Assembly (NCBI RefSeq): GCF_000007985.2
Contig: NC_002939.5
Location: forward strand, 2,220,001-2,252,000
Source: Geobacter sulfurreducens PCA
GTDB taxonomy: Bacteria > Desulfobacterota > Desulfuromonadia > Geobacterales > Geobacteraceae
Direction of reading: 5' to 3'
DNA length: 32,000 nucleotides
The notes under the pieces were generated by a model. It did no database searches, had not been told where the DNA came from, and saw nothing but the letters and a program-made list of their open reading frames with translations. Made by a program: the position numbers and the translations under genes. How positions within the stretch are numbered: the stretch's first letter is position 1; every line of letters starts with the position of its first letter. Of this stretch, positions 15,756-24,942 are shown piece by piece.

Positions 15756-17123
15756 TTAATCGATGCCGAATTCCTTGAGCTTGTAGAGCAACGCCCGATG
15801 GCTGATTTCCAGCAAACGCGCGGCATGGGTCCTGTTCCCGCCGGTTTTGGCCAGGGCTCTGCGGATGAATTCCCGCTCAAGGCACTCTTCGGCCCGCTTG
15901 ATGGAAAGGGTATCCTCGGGCAGGTGGAACCCCGCCGCCGATGCGGCCGAGTCTCCCCGCACAACATCGGGCAGGCTTCCGGCATCGAGGATTTCTCCGT
16001 CGCTGAGAATGAACGCGCGCTCAATGCAGTTTTCAAGTTCTCGCACATTGCCGGGCCAGCCATAGGCAGCAAGCAGCTTCATGGCCTCCGGCGACACGAC
16101 CATTCCGGACCGGCCGAAAGACTCACCGTACTTGTGCAGGAAGTGGTTCACGAGTAGAGGGATGTCTTCCAACCGCTCCCTCAGGGGAGGCAGGGTAATG
16201 GCGAACACATTGAGGCGGAAAAAAAGGTCCTCGCGAAAACGCCCCTCCGCGGCATCCCGGGCCAGATCCCGAGAGGTGGCGGAAATGATCCGGACATCGA
16301 CGCGCTGGGCTTTGGATCCGCCCACTCGCCGGACCTCACCCTCCTGCAGTACGCGCAAAAGCTTCACCTGGAGCGCCGGGGGCATTTCACCGATCTCGTC
16401 GAGAAAAAGCGTCCCGCCGTTGGCCTCCTCGAAAAGCCCGGCGCGGTCCGACGAGGCATCGGTAAAGGCGCCGCGAACGTGACCGAACAGTTCCGACTCC
16501 AGAAGGCTTTCGGGAATTGCGCCGCAGTTGACCGCCACAAAGGGTCCGTCACTGCGGCTGCCGTTATGGTGGATGGCCCGCGCCACCAGCTCCTTGCCGG
16601 TTCCCGACTCGCCGAGGATGAGAACGGTGGTCCGCACGTCGCACACCTTGCGGATAAGGTTGAAGATCTCGCGCATGCGCGGGTTACGGCTTACAATGCT
16701 GCCGAACGCATACTCTCGCCCCACCACTTCCCGCAACCGGCGGTTTTCATTTTTAAGTCGCTCGCGCTCCTCCGCCTTCCTGAGGACCAGCAGGATCTCG
16801 TCGTTTTTAAACGGTTTCGAAACGTAATCGTAGGCCCCTTCCTTCATGCAGGCGATGGCGGCATCCACGGTACCATAGGCGGACATCATGATAACGGTGC
16901 CGGGGAGTTCGGCCTTCTGAAAGGTCCGCAGAAACCCGACACCATCCATGATCGGCATCCGGATGTCACAGAGGATAAAGTCGTAGGCAGCAGCGGATGC
17001 CTGGGCCAGGGCCGCTTCGCCATCGGCGGCCTCCACCGCCTCGTAGCCCTGCTTGCGGAGCATGGCGCACAGCATGTGCCTCATGTTTTCTTCGTCGTCG
17101 ACGACCAGTATCCGCTTTTTCAT
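15756..17123 (-). CDS. NtrC-family sigma-54-dependent response regulator (REC-AAA+-Fis HTH)
   Basis: The receiver is [17 protein letters not shown] ... [14 protein letters not shown]. The Walker A is GESGTGKE. The L1 loop reads GAFTDA. The R-finger region is [10 protein letters not shown]. The C-terminal HTH is [23 protein letters not shown]. The start is ATG 17123 (MKKRILVV). Confidence 0.9.
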   Translation of the reverse strand: MKKRILVVDDEENMRHMLCAMLRKQGYEAVEAADGEAALAQASAAAYDFILCDIRMPIMDGVGFLRTFQKAELPGTVIMMSAYGTVDAAIACMKEGAYDYVSKPFKNDEILLVLRKAEERERLKNENRRLREVVGREYAFGSIVSRNPRMREIFNLIRKVCDVRTTVLILGESGTGKELVARAIHHNGSRSDGPFVAVNCGAIPESLLESELFGHVRGAFTDASSDRAGLFEEANGGTLFLDEIGEMPPALQVKLLRVLQEGEVRRVGGSKAQRVDVRIISATSRDLARDAAEGRFREDLFFRLNVFAITLPPLRERLEDIPLLVNHFLHKYGESFGRSGMVVSPEAMKLLAAYGWPGNVRELENCIERAFILSDGEILDAGSLPDVVRGDSAASAAGFHLPEDTLSIKRAEECLEREFIRRALAKTGGNRTHAARLLEISHRALLYKLKEFGID

Positions 17124-17159
17124 CTCATACCCCTCGCCCATAACCCATTGTATTTCATT

Positions 17160-18734
17160 TCATTTCGAGACTGGAAGCCATATCTCGAACCGCGATCCTT
17201 CGCCCACCGCACTTTCGACCGTCATTCTCCCGCCAAGAGAATCAACTATCCTGGCCGAGATGGATAGCCCCAGTCCGGTCCCCCTGCCCGGCTCCTTGGT
17301 GGTAAAAAAGGGGTCGAAGATCCTCTCCAGGTGCTCGGGCGCGATTCCCGACCCGGTGTCGGTCACGGCAATCCGGATACACGGCACCTCGCTCCCGTCC
17401 CCGGCAAACGGTGTGCGGAACACACCGCCGAAGTCATCCTTGCGCCGGCCGGCCATAACAGACCAGCGACCGCTGTCTGGAAGCCCTGCCGGCGGCATGA
17501 ACGCTCCGGTCGATACGGCGACATCCAGGCGGCCACCGTCGGGCATGGCGTCACGGGCATTGATCAGCAGGTTGATCAAAACCTGTTGGAGCTGATGCGG
17601 ATCGGTCACGGCCACAGCACTCCCCTCGCCAGCCCCGATGTGCACCTGAACCCGTTTGAGGGCTCCCTGCCGGCTTACCATCTCCACAGTTTCAGCCACC
17701 AGGGCGACCACGTCAACCTCTTCGGCGGCAAGGGGCACGGGGCGGGCATAATCGAGCAGGTCGTGAACGATCCGGTCGATCCGTTCGGTCTCATGCTGAA
17801 TTCGACGGAGATAGTCGGCCCTTTCCGGATCAAGGGATTCATCATCCCGCAAGAGTGATACGTACCCCATGATGGCTGCCAGCGGGGTGCCGATCTCGTG
17901 GGCCGTCCCAGCGGCCAGCATTCCCACCGACGCCATTTTTTCGGATCTGAGGGTTTCTTCGCGGGCCTCCTTGAGCTCCCGGTTGGCCCGCTCCAGCGAG
18001 GTCACGTGGCGCACCGCTTCTTCATCCTTGACCCGCAGGGCGTCCACCATCTGGTTGAATGAATCGGCCAGTTCGGCTATCTCACGGCTCCCCGGAACCG
18101 CGGCCTTATGGTGATAGTCGCCGGCGCCGATCCGCTCCGTTGCGGCCAGAAGCTTGCGCATGGGGATGATGATGAAGCGGGAAAGCAGCAGTGACCCCAC
18201 CGCCAGAAGGAGAAGGAAATCGAGGGCGAAGTAGGCGAGGAACAGGTGACGCGAATGGGCGAGCATCTGCCGCTCCCCCGCCAGGGAAAGGACGAGCCTG
18301 GCCGCGCCAACGGTCGCCCCCTCACGGATGATTGGGGCATAGCGAATGAGGACGCCCTCCCCCGCAGGGAGCCAGACCGATTCGGCGCCGTCGCGAAGAC
18401 AGGCCGCCAGACGCTCGTCAGCGGGTGAACCGGCACCCAGAGCGAACACCGGTGCTCCGTCACCCCGCACAACGGCCAGGGCCGTGAATTCCGGTTCTCC
18501 CGCCAGCTGGCGGGCAAGTACGCCGGCCGCCGAAGAACCTATCCCGTCCAGCGACGGGGGAACCAGCGCGGTGAAAGACGCGAGCAGGATACGCGCCTTG
18601 TCGCTTTTCTGGCGAAGGAGGTCGCTTTCGGCGGTCTTGAACGAGATCAGGCTCAGGAGAAACCAGGTAAGAACCAGGAGGAACGTAAGGGAAGAGAGGA
18701 TCAGGAAGCTGAGACTGAAGCGCAGACGCCTCAC
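17160..18734 (-). CDS. Membrane sensor histidine kinase (2 TM, periplasmic loop, HAMP, HisKA, HATPase_c)
   Basis: The HAMP segment is PMRKLLAATERIGAGDYHHKAAVPGSREIAELADSFNQMV. The H-box is GTAHEIGTPL. The N-box is LLINARDAM. The G-boxes are DTGSGI and GTGLGLSI. The start is GTG 18734, with GAGGTG 5 nt upstream, 12 nt after the pilD stop. Confidence 0.9.
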   Translation of the reverse strand: MRRLRFSLSFLILSSLTFLLVLTWFLLSLISFKTAESDLLRQKSDKARILLASFTALVPPSLDGIGSSAAGVLARQLAGEPEFTALAVVRGDGAPVFALGAGSPADERLAACLRDGAESVWLPAGEGVLIRYAPIIREGATVGAARLVLSLAGERQMLAHSRHLFLAYFALDFLLLLAVGSLLLSRFIIIPMRKLLAATERIGAGDYHHKAAVPGSREIAELADSFNQMVDALRVKDEEAVRHVTSLERANRELKEAREETLRSEKMASVGMLAAGTAHEIGTPLAAIMGYVSLLRDDESLDPERADYLRRIQHETERIDRIVHDLLDYARPVPLAAEEVDVVALVAETVEMVSRQGALKRVQVHIGAGEGSAVAVTDPHQLQQVLINLLINARDAMPDGGRLDVAVSTGAFMPPAGLPDSGRWSVMAGRRKDDFGGVFRTPFAGDGSEVPCIRIAVTDTGSGIAPEHLERIFDPFFTTKEPGRGTGLGLSISARIVDSLGGRMTVESAVGEGSRFEIWLPVSK

Positions 18735-18746
18735 GGGTGCACCTCG

Positions 18747-19526
18747 CTACCGGGCGCCGATGCTCAGGTACCAGAGAATGATCGCCTTGCCGAAAAAGAT
18801 GTAGAGAAGTGCCCCCAGCGCCAGGAACGGGCCGAACGGGATGGCAAGCTTGCTATCTTTTTTCTGGAGCATCATGAGTGTGAGCCCGATGACCGAGCCC
18901 ACCAGAGAGCTGGCAAAGATGATGAACGGCACCGCCCGCCAGCCGAGAAAGGCCCCCATCATGGCAAGAAGCTTGATGTCACCTCCGCCCATTCCCTCCT
19001 TGCCCGTCAGCCGCTCGTAGAGCCAGGCAACCAGCAGGAGGCTCCCTCCCCCCGCCGCGATGCCGATGAGGGAATTGAGCCAGCCGAGCCAGGGCAGAAA
19101 GAACGACAGGACAAATCCAAGAACGATTCCCGGGAGGCTGATGACATCGGGGATGATCTGATGGTCGAGGTCAATGAAGGAGATCGCCACCAGGGCGGAG
19201 CAGAATACGAAGAGGGCCGCAAAGGTCAGGGTCGGCCCGAACTTGAGGAACAGGGCGAGGCAGAGCAAGCCGTTGATAAGTTCAACCAGGGGATAGCGAG
19301 CCGAGATCTTTGCCCTGCAGGCGCGGCATGCTCCGCGCAGGATGAGCCAGCTCAGAATAGGGATGTTGTCCCAGGGACGAATCCGCGTCCCGCAGGAGGT
19401 GCAGCGGGAAGGAGGAAACACGACCGACTCACCCGTTGGCAGCCTATAAATGCAGACGTTCAGGAATGAGCCGACCACTGCCCCGAGGACAAAGGAAAAA
19501 AGATAGAACACTATCGGTAGCGTCAT
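18747..19526 (-). CDS. pilD: Prepilin peptidase / N-methyltransferase PilD (A24 family)
   Basis: The sequence includes GSFLNVCIYRLP, the Zn-type pair CTSCGTRIRPWDNIPILSWLILRGACRACRAKI, and multiple TM segments with the GGGDIKLLAM catalytic Asp box. Confidence 0.9.
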   Translation of the reverse strand: MTLPIVFYLFSFVLGAVVGSFLNVCIYRLPTGESVVFPPSRCTSCGTRIRPWDNIPILSWLILRGACRACRAKISARYPLVELINGLLCLALFLKFGPTLTFAALFVFCSALVAISFIDLDHQIIPDVISLPGIVLGFVLSFFLPWLGWLNSLIGIAAGGGSLLLVAWLYERLTGKEGMGGGDIKLLAMMGAFLGWRAVPFIIFASSLVGSVIGLTLMMLQKKDSKLAIPFGPFLALGALLYIFFGKAIILWYLSIGAR

Positions 19527-19582
19527 AAATTAACCGTTAAGACGGCCAGCCCGGCCCTTGTCGCCCTGCTTTCGCCCGCCCG

Positions 19583-21871
19583 TCAGCACCAGGTTCCGAA
19601 ACCGAGGTAGGCGCCCGCGGCCCGGCCGAAGACCGGCGCGAACTGCTCCGCCGGCGCGGGGCGGCTGAAGAGGTGTCCCTGCATGTGGGTGCACTGCAGC
19701 GCTCGCAGCACTTCCAGTTGCTCCACGGTTTCAACACCTTCGGCAACCACTTTCAGATTGAGCCCCTTTGCCATGGTGATCACCGCGCTGGTAATTGCCT
19801 CGTCGTCAGGGTTCGTTGTGATGTCGCGAATGAACGAACGGTCGATCTTCAGGGCATGGATCGGAAACTTTTTCAGATAGTGCAGGGATGAATATCCAGT
19901 ACCGAAATCATCAATGGCGATATGGATTCCCATTCGCTCCAGCACGCGGAAGGTGGCCAAGGTGCTTTCGGTGCCGTCCATCATGATGCTCTCCGTCACT
20001 TCCAGCACGAGCCACCGGGGGGCGAGCCCCGAATCGGAGAGTGCCCGCTCCACCACATCCACCAGATTCCCCTGTTGGAGCTGGCGGGGAGAAATGTTAA
20101 CCGCCACCTGCATTGGTGGGTAGCCGGCCTTTTGCCACTCCCGGTTCTGGCGGCACGCGGTCCTCAACACCCATTCGCCCAGGGGAACGATGAGCCCCGT
20201 TTCTTCCGCGAGGGGGATGAAGCGCGCCGGCGGCACGAGCCCCATGGTGGGGTGCTGCCAGCGGACCAGGGCCTCCATGCACGAGATTTGCCCGTCCTCA
20301 ACGTTGACCTTGGGCTGATAGTAGAGCACCAGCTCTTCCCGCTCAAGCCCCTTGCGCAGGTTGTTTTCAAGAGAAAGCCGCTCGAATGCCTTGCTGTTCA
20401 TCTCAGGGGTGTAGAGCTGGCAGTTGTTCCGCCCCTGCTCTTTGGCCCGATACATGGCAAAATCGGCGTTCTTCACCAAGGCGTCGCTCGTGCGGCCATC
20501 GTAGGGAAACACGCTGATGCCGATGCTCGTGGTGATGAACAACTCGTGCCCATCAATGACGAAGGGGGTCCGCAGGCTGTCGATAATCTTCTGGGCCACT
20601 TTCAGGGCATCTTTCACGTCGGAAATGACCGACAGATTGATGATGAATTCGTCGCCCCCCTGCCGGGCCACGGTGTCGCCGTCGCGGCGACAGACCCCCT
20701 TGAGGCGCTTGGCCACCTGCATGAGGAGCTTGTCTCCCACCGCATGCCCGAGGGTATCGTTGATCAGCTTGAACCGGTCCAGATCGAGAAACAACACTGA
20801 CAGAAGGCGCTTGTTCCGCTGTGCCAGGGCAAGGGACTGGCGGAGCCGGTCGTTGAAGAGCCTGCGGTTGGGCAGTCCGGTAAGCGAGTCATAGTACGCC
20901 ATCTGCCGGATGGTTTCCTCGGCCTGGCGACGATCAGTGATATCGCGGAACGCCTCGATGATCCCGATGGCTACGCCGTCGCTGCCGAGCAGCGGAGACG
21001 TCATAACCTCCACCACGCGCTTGTCCCCGCTCCGGTCGCGATGCTCCTGGGTGGCAATAACCGGACGCTTCGCCGTCCGTACATCGAGCAGGGGGCACTG
21101 CATCCCCTCCTCCCTGACGCAGGGGGTATCGCGATGGTGAATAAGTCGATGGCAGGCCTCGTCACTGCCGACGTCGGATATCTGGAAAAAGTCGCGAGCC
21201 GCCCGGTTCGTCATGATGACACGGCGATCGAGCCCGACCACCACCATGGGCTCGGCCACACCGTCAACCACGGAATTGAGGAAGACATTGGTTTCGGCCA
21301 GCTTCTGCTCGGCCCTGGTGCGCTCATCGTTTTCCTCTTCGAGCATGGCGGCGTGGTGCCGCAGATCGACCATGAGGCGAACGGTGCGCAGTACCATGGA
21401 TGCGGTATGGGCATACTGCTGAAGAAGCTGCTCGTCGATCTGGTCGAACGGATTGCCAACCCGGAACGCGGACAGACAGGCCGTAACCCTGCCTTCTTCC
21501 AGGACGGGGACCAGAACCGCCGCATCCATGTCCATCACCTGCAAGAGTTCGCAGGAGTCAGTGCGGGAGGATATCTGGTCGATCCGCAGGGGAGTACCGC
21601 AGGCGGCCACTGATGCGCACAGATTCCCGCTCTTCATGGGGACTGCCAGCCCTTTCACCATGGCATTCCAGCCCCCGGACGCGGCCATGTAGGTCAGGGT
21701 ACCGGCCTGCATATCGATGGTGGTGAAGACGGCGGTACCGGCCCCCACGATGTCGCAGACACCGTCGCAGAGGGCTGTGTAGAGTTCGTTCGACTCACCA
21801 ATGGTCAGCAGTCGCCTGATCCAGAGATCCAGCTTGAACAGGCCATCATTATATCGCTTGAGATTCGCCAT
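19583..21871 (-). CDS. GAF-PAS-GGDEF-EAL cyclic-di-GMP turnover protein
   Basis: The GGDEF domain shows YYDSLTGLPNRR, INDTLGHAVGD, the I-site RDGD and GGDEFI. The EAL domain shows EALVRW, EVTES, DDFGTGYSSL, KIDRSF and EGVET. Confidence 0.9.
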   Translation of the reverse strand: MANLKRYNDGLFKLDLWIRRLLTIGESNELYTALCDGVCDIVGAGTAVFTTIDMQAGTLTYMAASGGWNAMVKGLAVPMKSGNLCASVAACGTPLRIDQISSRTDSCELLQVMDMDAAVLVPVLEEGRVTACLSAFRVGNPFDQIDEQLLQQYAHTASMVLRTVRLMVDLRHHAAMLEEENDERTRAEQKLAETNVFLNSVVDGVAEPMVVVGLDRRVIMTNRAARDFFQISDVGSDEACHRLIHHRDTPCVREEGMQCPLLDVRTAKRPVIATQEHRDRSGDKRVVEVMTSPLLGSDGVAIGIIEAFRDITDRRQAEETIRQMAYYDSLTGLPNRRLFNDRLRQSLALAQRNKRLLSVLFLDLDRFKLINDTLGHAVGDKLLMQVAKRLKGVCRRDGDTVARQGGDEFIINLSVISDVKDALKVAQKIIDSLRTPFVIDGHELFITTSIGISVFPYDGRTSDALVKNADFAMYRAKEQGRNNCQLYTPEMNSKAFERLSLENNLRKGLEREELVLYYQPKVNVEDGQISCMEALVRWQHPTMGLVPPARFIPLAEETGLIVPLGEWVLRTACRQNREWQKAGYPPMQVAVNISPRQLQQGNLVDVVERALSDSGLAPRWLVLEVTESIMMDGTESTLATFRVLERMGIHIAIDDFGTGYSSLHYLKKFPIHALKIDRSFIRDITTNPDDEAITSAVITMAKGLNLKVVAEGVETVEQLEVLRALQCTHMQGHLFSRPAPAEQFAPVFGRAAGAYLGFGTWC

Positions 21872-21945
21872 AGGTCCCGGAAGATTATCCTGACTTTGCT
21901 CTGTGGATTACGTGCACTCTGCCGTAACCATAAACATTCATTAAA

Positions 21946-21961
21946 TGCAAAATTCCATCCA
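21946..21961 (-). promoter_or_regulatory. Weak candidate sigma-54 promoter upstream of the GGDEF-EAL gene
   Basis: The minus strand reads TGGATGGAATTTTGCA. The GG/GC spacing is correct and the -12 TTGCA is perfect, but the -24 is degenerate (TGGAT). It lies about 75 nt upstream of ATG 21871. Confidence 0.3.
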
Positions 21962-22126
21962 AAAACAGACAGACGACAAAGAAAGAAACAAATAATCCGT
22001 GACATCGACATGTTTGCAACGGCCATTGGGTAACCGGTACCGCGACCTCCACGAAATTATTGACAACGCATGTCACCATCTTGACCCGCGCCGGCAACTG
22101 CCACATGCGGTGAAAAGGCGCCTCAT

Positions 22127-22163
22127 GAAAAACGCCGCCGGTCATCTGCGGACCCGGCGGCGT
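22127..22163 (-). terminator. Intrinsic terminator of valS
   Basis: A 10-bp GC stem ACGCCGCCGG / CCGGCGGCGT (22132-22141 / 22154-22163) has a 12-nt loop. On the minus strand it is followed by TTTTT. It lies 13 nt past the valS stop. Confidence 0.75.
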
Positions 22164-22175
22164 TATAGCGGAGAT

Positions 22176-24839
22176 TCAGGCCAGTTTTCGTATTTTTTCG
22201 AGGCTTGCCAGGAGAACATCCTTCTTCTGCGTCACCTCGGCCAGCTTTTCCCGCTCCTTGGCCACCACGTCCGCCGGCGCCCGCTCCACAAAGGAGGGGT
22301 TCTCAAGCTTGCGGCCGAACATCTCGATCTCCTTGTCGAGCTTGCCAATCTCCTTCAGGAGACGCTTCTCTTCCTCCTCAACGTTGACGAGGCCTTTGAG
22401 AGGAACCGCGATCTCCACGTCTCCAGCCACCTGGATCGCTGCGTCGGCAGGCCGTTCGAGCTGCTGCCCGATGGCCAGATCGGAAAGGCGAGCGAGACTC
22501 ATGACGTAGACCTCGTTGCGTTTGAGCAGGTGCAGGCTCTCGGCGGAACCGCAGGAAAGGATGGCGGCTATCTCCCGTGACGGAGCCACATCCATCTCGC
22601 CCCGAATGTTCCGGATGCCGCGGATCACCTCCATGACCAGTTCCATCTCTGCCGCACCGTCGGGGAAATCACGCTCGGGCACGGAACGCGGATAGCCGGC
22701 CACCATGATGCTCGGCGCGGGACGCGCGCCCGGCAGCGTTTGCCATATCTCTTCGGTAATGAAAGGCATGAAGGGATGCAGCAGCCGCAGGAGGTTTTCC
22801 AGCACGAGCCAAAGGACATACCGCGCCGTCTCCTTGCGTGCATCGTCGCCCCGGTAGAGATCGTCCTTTGCCAGCTCAATGTACCAGTCGCAGAATTCGC
22901 TCCAGGTGAACCGGTAGAGGGTCCCTGCCGCATCGTTGAAGCGGTATGCCTCCAGCGCCTCGGCGGTTTCGGCGGCGGCAGAGTTGAGCCGGTGCAGGAT
23001 CCAGCGATCCGCATTGGACAGGTCGAGTGTTGCCGGGTCCACCGTATCGGGCTCGAATCCCTCCAGGTTCATGAGAGCGAACCGGGAGGCGTTCCAGATC
23101 TTGTTCACGAAATTCCGGTAGCCGGCAATCCGCTCCTCGGCCAGCTTGATGTCGCGCCCCTGGGCGGCAAAGGCCGCCAGGGTGAACCGGAAGGCGTCGG
23201 TGCCGTACTGGTCAATGACCACCAGGGGATCAATGACATTTCCCTTCGACTTGCTCATCTTCTGGCCCTGGGCATCGCGCACCAAGGCATGGATGTACAC
23301 GTCGCTGAAGGGCACCTCGTTCATAAAGTGGAGCCCCATCATCATCATCCGCGCCACCCAGAAGAAGAGAATGTCGAAACCCGTCACCAGACATGAGGTG
23401 GGATAGAACGCCGCAAGTTCCGGCGTCCGGTCAGGCCAGCCCATGGTCGAAAAGGGCCACAGGGCAGAGGAGAACCAGGTGTCGAGTACGTCGGTTTCCT
23501 GACGGATCTCGTCGCTGCCGCACGCGGCGCAGACTGTCGGATCAATTTTGGCCACCGTGGTTTCGCCGCAGTGGTCGCAATACCAGGCCGGAATCCGGTG
23601 TCCCCACCAGATCTGGCGCGAGATGCACCAGTCCTTGATATTCTCCATCCAGTCGTAATAGGTGTTCTCCCACTGCTGGGGAACGATCCGGGTCCGCCCG
23701 TCCTTCACCGCGGCAAGAGCCCGTTCGGCCAGGGGACCGACCTTCACGTACCACTGGAGGGACAGGTACGGCTCCACCACCGTCTTGCAGCGGTAGCAGC
23801 CACCGACCGCGTGGGCGTGATCGTCGATCTTCTCCAGAAGTCCCAGCGCTTCCAGGTCTTCCACCACCCTCTTTCTGGCAGCGAAACGCTCCATCCCCTC
23901 GTACTGGTGCCCGGCCGAGTTCACCACGGCCGATTCGTCGAATACATTGAGCAGATCCAGGTTGTGACGGCGCCCCACCTCGAAGTCGTTGAAATCGTGG
24001 GCAGGGGTGATCTTCACCACGCCGGTACCAAACTCCCGGTCCACGTACCCGTCGGCCACTACCGGGATCTCCCGGTTCACGAGGGGGAGCAGCACCTTTT
24101 TGCCGACAAGGTCGGCATAGCGCTCGTCTTCGGGGTGAACCGCCACGGCGGTATCGCCGAGCATGGTTTCGGGACGGGTCGTGGCCACCACCACGAAGCG
24201 GCCGGGCTCGCCAACCACGGGATAGCGGATGTGCCAGAGATTCCCCGCCTTGTCCTCGTGCTCCACCTCGATGTCAGACAGGGCCGTGTGGCAGCGGGGA
24301 CACCAGTTGATGAGACGGTTGTCCCGGTAGATCAGCCCTTCTTCGTAGAGACGGACAAAAACCTCGCGCACGGCGCGGGAAAGCCCTTCGTCCATAGTGA
24401 AGCGCTCGCGCCCCCAGTCGCAGGATGCGCCGAGCCGCTTCAACTGGCCGATGATCTGGCCGCCGGACTCGGCCTTCCATTTCCAGACCCGTTCGATGAA
24501 TGCCTCGCGCCCCAGTTCGTGACGGCTCGTCCCCTCGCCCGCCAACTGGCGTTCCACCACGTTCTGGGTAGCGATGCCCGCATGGTCGGTGCCGGGCATC
24601 CAGAGAACCTCGTAGCCGTTCATCCGCTTCCAGCGGCAGAGGATGTCCTGGAGCGTATTGTTCAGGGCGTGCCCCATATGAAGGGCGCCGGTGACGTTGG
24701 GCGGCGGGATGACGATGCTGTAGGAGGGCTTGCCGCTGTCCGGGTTTGCCCGGAAATAGCCTTCCTGCTCCCAGGTTTCATACCATTTCCGTTCAACGGC
24801 CGTGGGCTCGTAAACCTTTGCCAGCTCTTTTTCTGCCAT
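22176..24839 (-). CDS. valS: Valyl-tRNA synthetase
   Basis: This is a class I aaRS with HIGH (PNVTGALHMGHA) and KMSKS (QKMSKSKGN) motifs, an editing domain and a C-terminal coiled coil. The start is set at ATG 24839 (MAEKELAKVYEP) with GAGG 7 nt upstream. The track's start at 24863 is a TTG. Confidence 0.95.
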   Translation of the reverse strand: MAEKELAKVYEPTAVERKWYETWEQEGYFRANPDSGKPSYSIVIPPPNVTGALHMGHALNNTLQDILCRWKRMNGYEVLWMPGTDHAGIATQNVVERQLAGEGTSRHELGREAFIERVWKWKAESGGQIIGQLKRLGASCDWGRERFTMDEGLSRAVREVFVRLYEEGLIYRDNRLINWCPRCHTALSDIEVEHEDKAGNLWHIRYPVVGEPGRFVVVATTRPETMLGDTAVAVHPEDERYADLVGKKVLLPLVNREIPVVADGYVDREFGTGVVKITPAHDFNDFEVGRRHNLDLLNVFDESAVVNSAGHQYEGMERFAARKRVVEDLEALGLLEKIDDHAHAVGGCYRCKTVVEPYLSLQWYVKVGPLAERALAAVKDGRTRIVPQQWENTYYDWMENIKDWCISRQIWWGHRIPAWYCDHCGETTVAKIDPTVCAACGSDEIRQETDVLDTWFSSALWPFSTMGWPDRTPELAAFYPTSCLVTGFDILFFWVARMMMMGLHFMNEVPFSDVYIHALVRDAQGQKMSKSKGNVIDPLVVIDQYGTDAFRFTLAAFAAQGRDIKLAEERIAGYRNFVNKIWNASRFALMNLEGFEPDTVDPATLDLSNADRWILHRLNSAAAETAEALEAYRFNDAAGTLYRFTWSEFCDWYIELAKDDLYRGDDARKETARYVLWLVLENLLRLLHPFMPFITEEIWQTLPGARPAPSIMVAGYPRSVPERDFPDGAAEMELVMEVIRGIRNIRGEMDVAPSREIAAILSCGSAESLHLLKRNEVYVMSLARLSDLAIGQQLERPADAAIQVAGDVEIAVPLKGLVNVEEEEKRLLKEIGKLDKEIEMFGRKLENPSFVERAPADVVAKEREKLAEVTQKKDVLLASLEKIRKLA

Positions 24840-24860
24840 TCGATTAACCTCTTCTTTTTT

Positions 24861-24894
24861 CAAAATAAAAATGGGGATGAAGCATCCCCATTTC
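24861..24894 (-). terminator. Intrinsic terminator after the receiver gene, abutting the valS RBS
   Basis: The stem is ATGGGGATG / CATCCCCAT (24871-24879 / 24883-24891), extendable by AAA/TTT, with a 3-nt loop. The minus-strand tail is TTTTTATTTTG. The terminator ends about 20 nt before the valS ATG. Confidence 0.65.
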
Positions 24895-24942
24895 AGTTTC
24901 AGCGGTGTGGACCGGTCCCGTGGGCCGGCCCTGAAGTACGTC

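Noticed and set aside
20645-20764. Whether the GGDEF domain could be a Hypr-type cGAMP synthase that feeds the cGAMP-type riboswitch 14 kb away.
   Set aside because: The guanine-specifying residues are canonical (INDTLGHAVGD). The Asp is retained at the position where Hypr GGDEF enzymes are reported to carry Ser. I therefore predict an ordinary c-di-GMP cyclase. Only biochemistry could settle it.
21885-22145. 86-aa minus-strand ORF in the valS / GGDEF-EAL spacer.
   Set aside because: It starts inside the valS terminator hairpin, has no SD, runs through AT-rich promoter-like DNA, and has a hydrophobic, Cys/His-rich translation with no recognisable motif.
24840-24942. T-box leader upstream of valS.
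   Set aside because: The leader is only ~100 nt, too short for stem I, specifier and antiterminator. I could not find the conserved T-box sequence (AANNGGGTGGTACCGCG-like); the nearest stretch is ACGGGACCGGTCCACACCGC. It is kept only as a plain terminator or possible attenuator.
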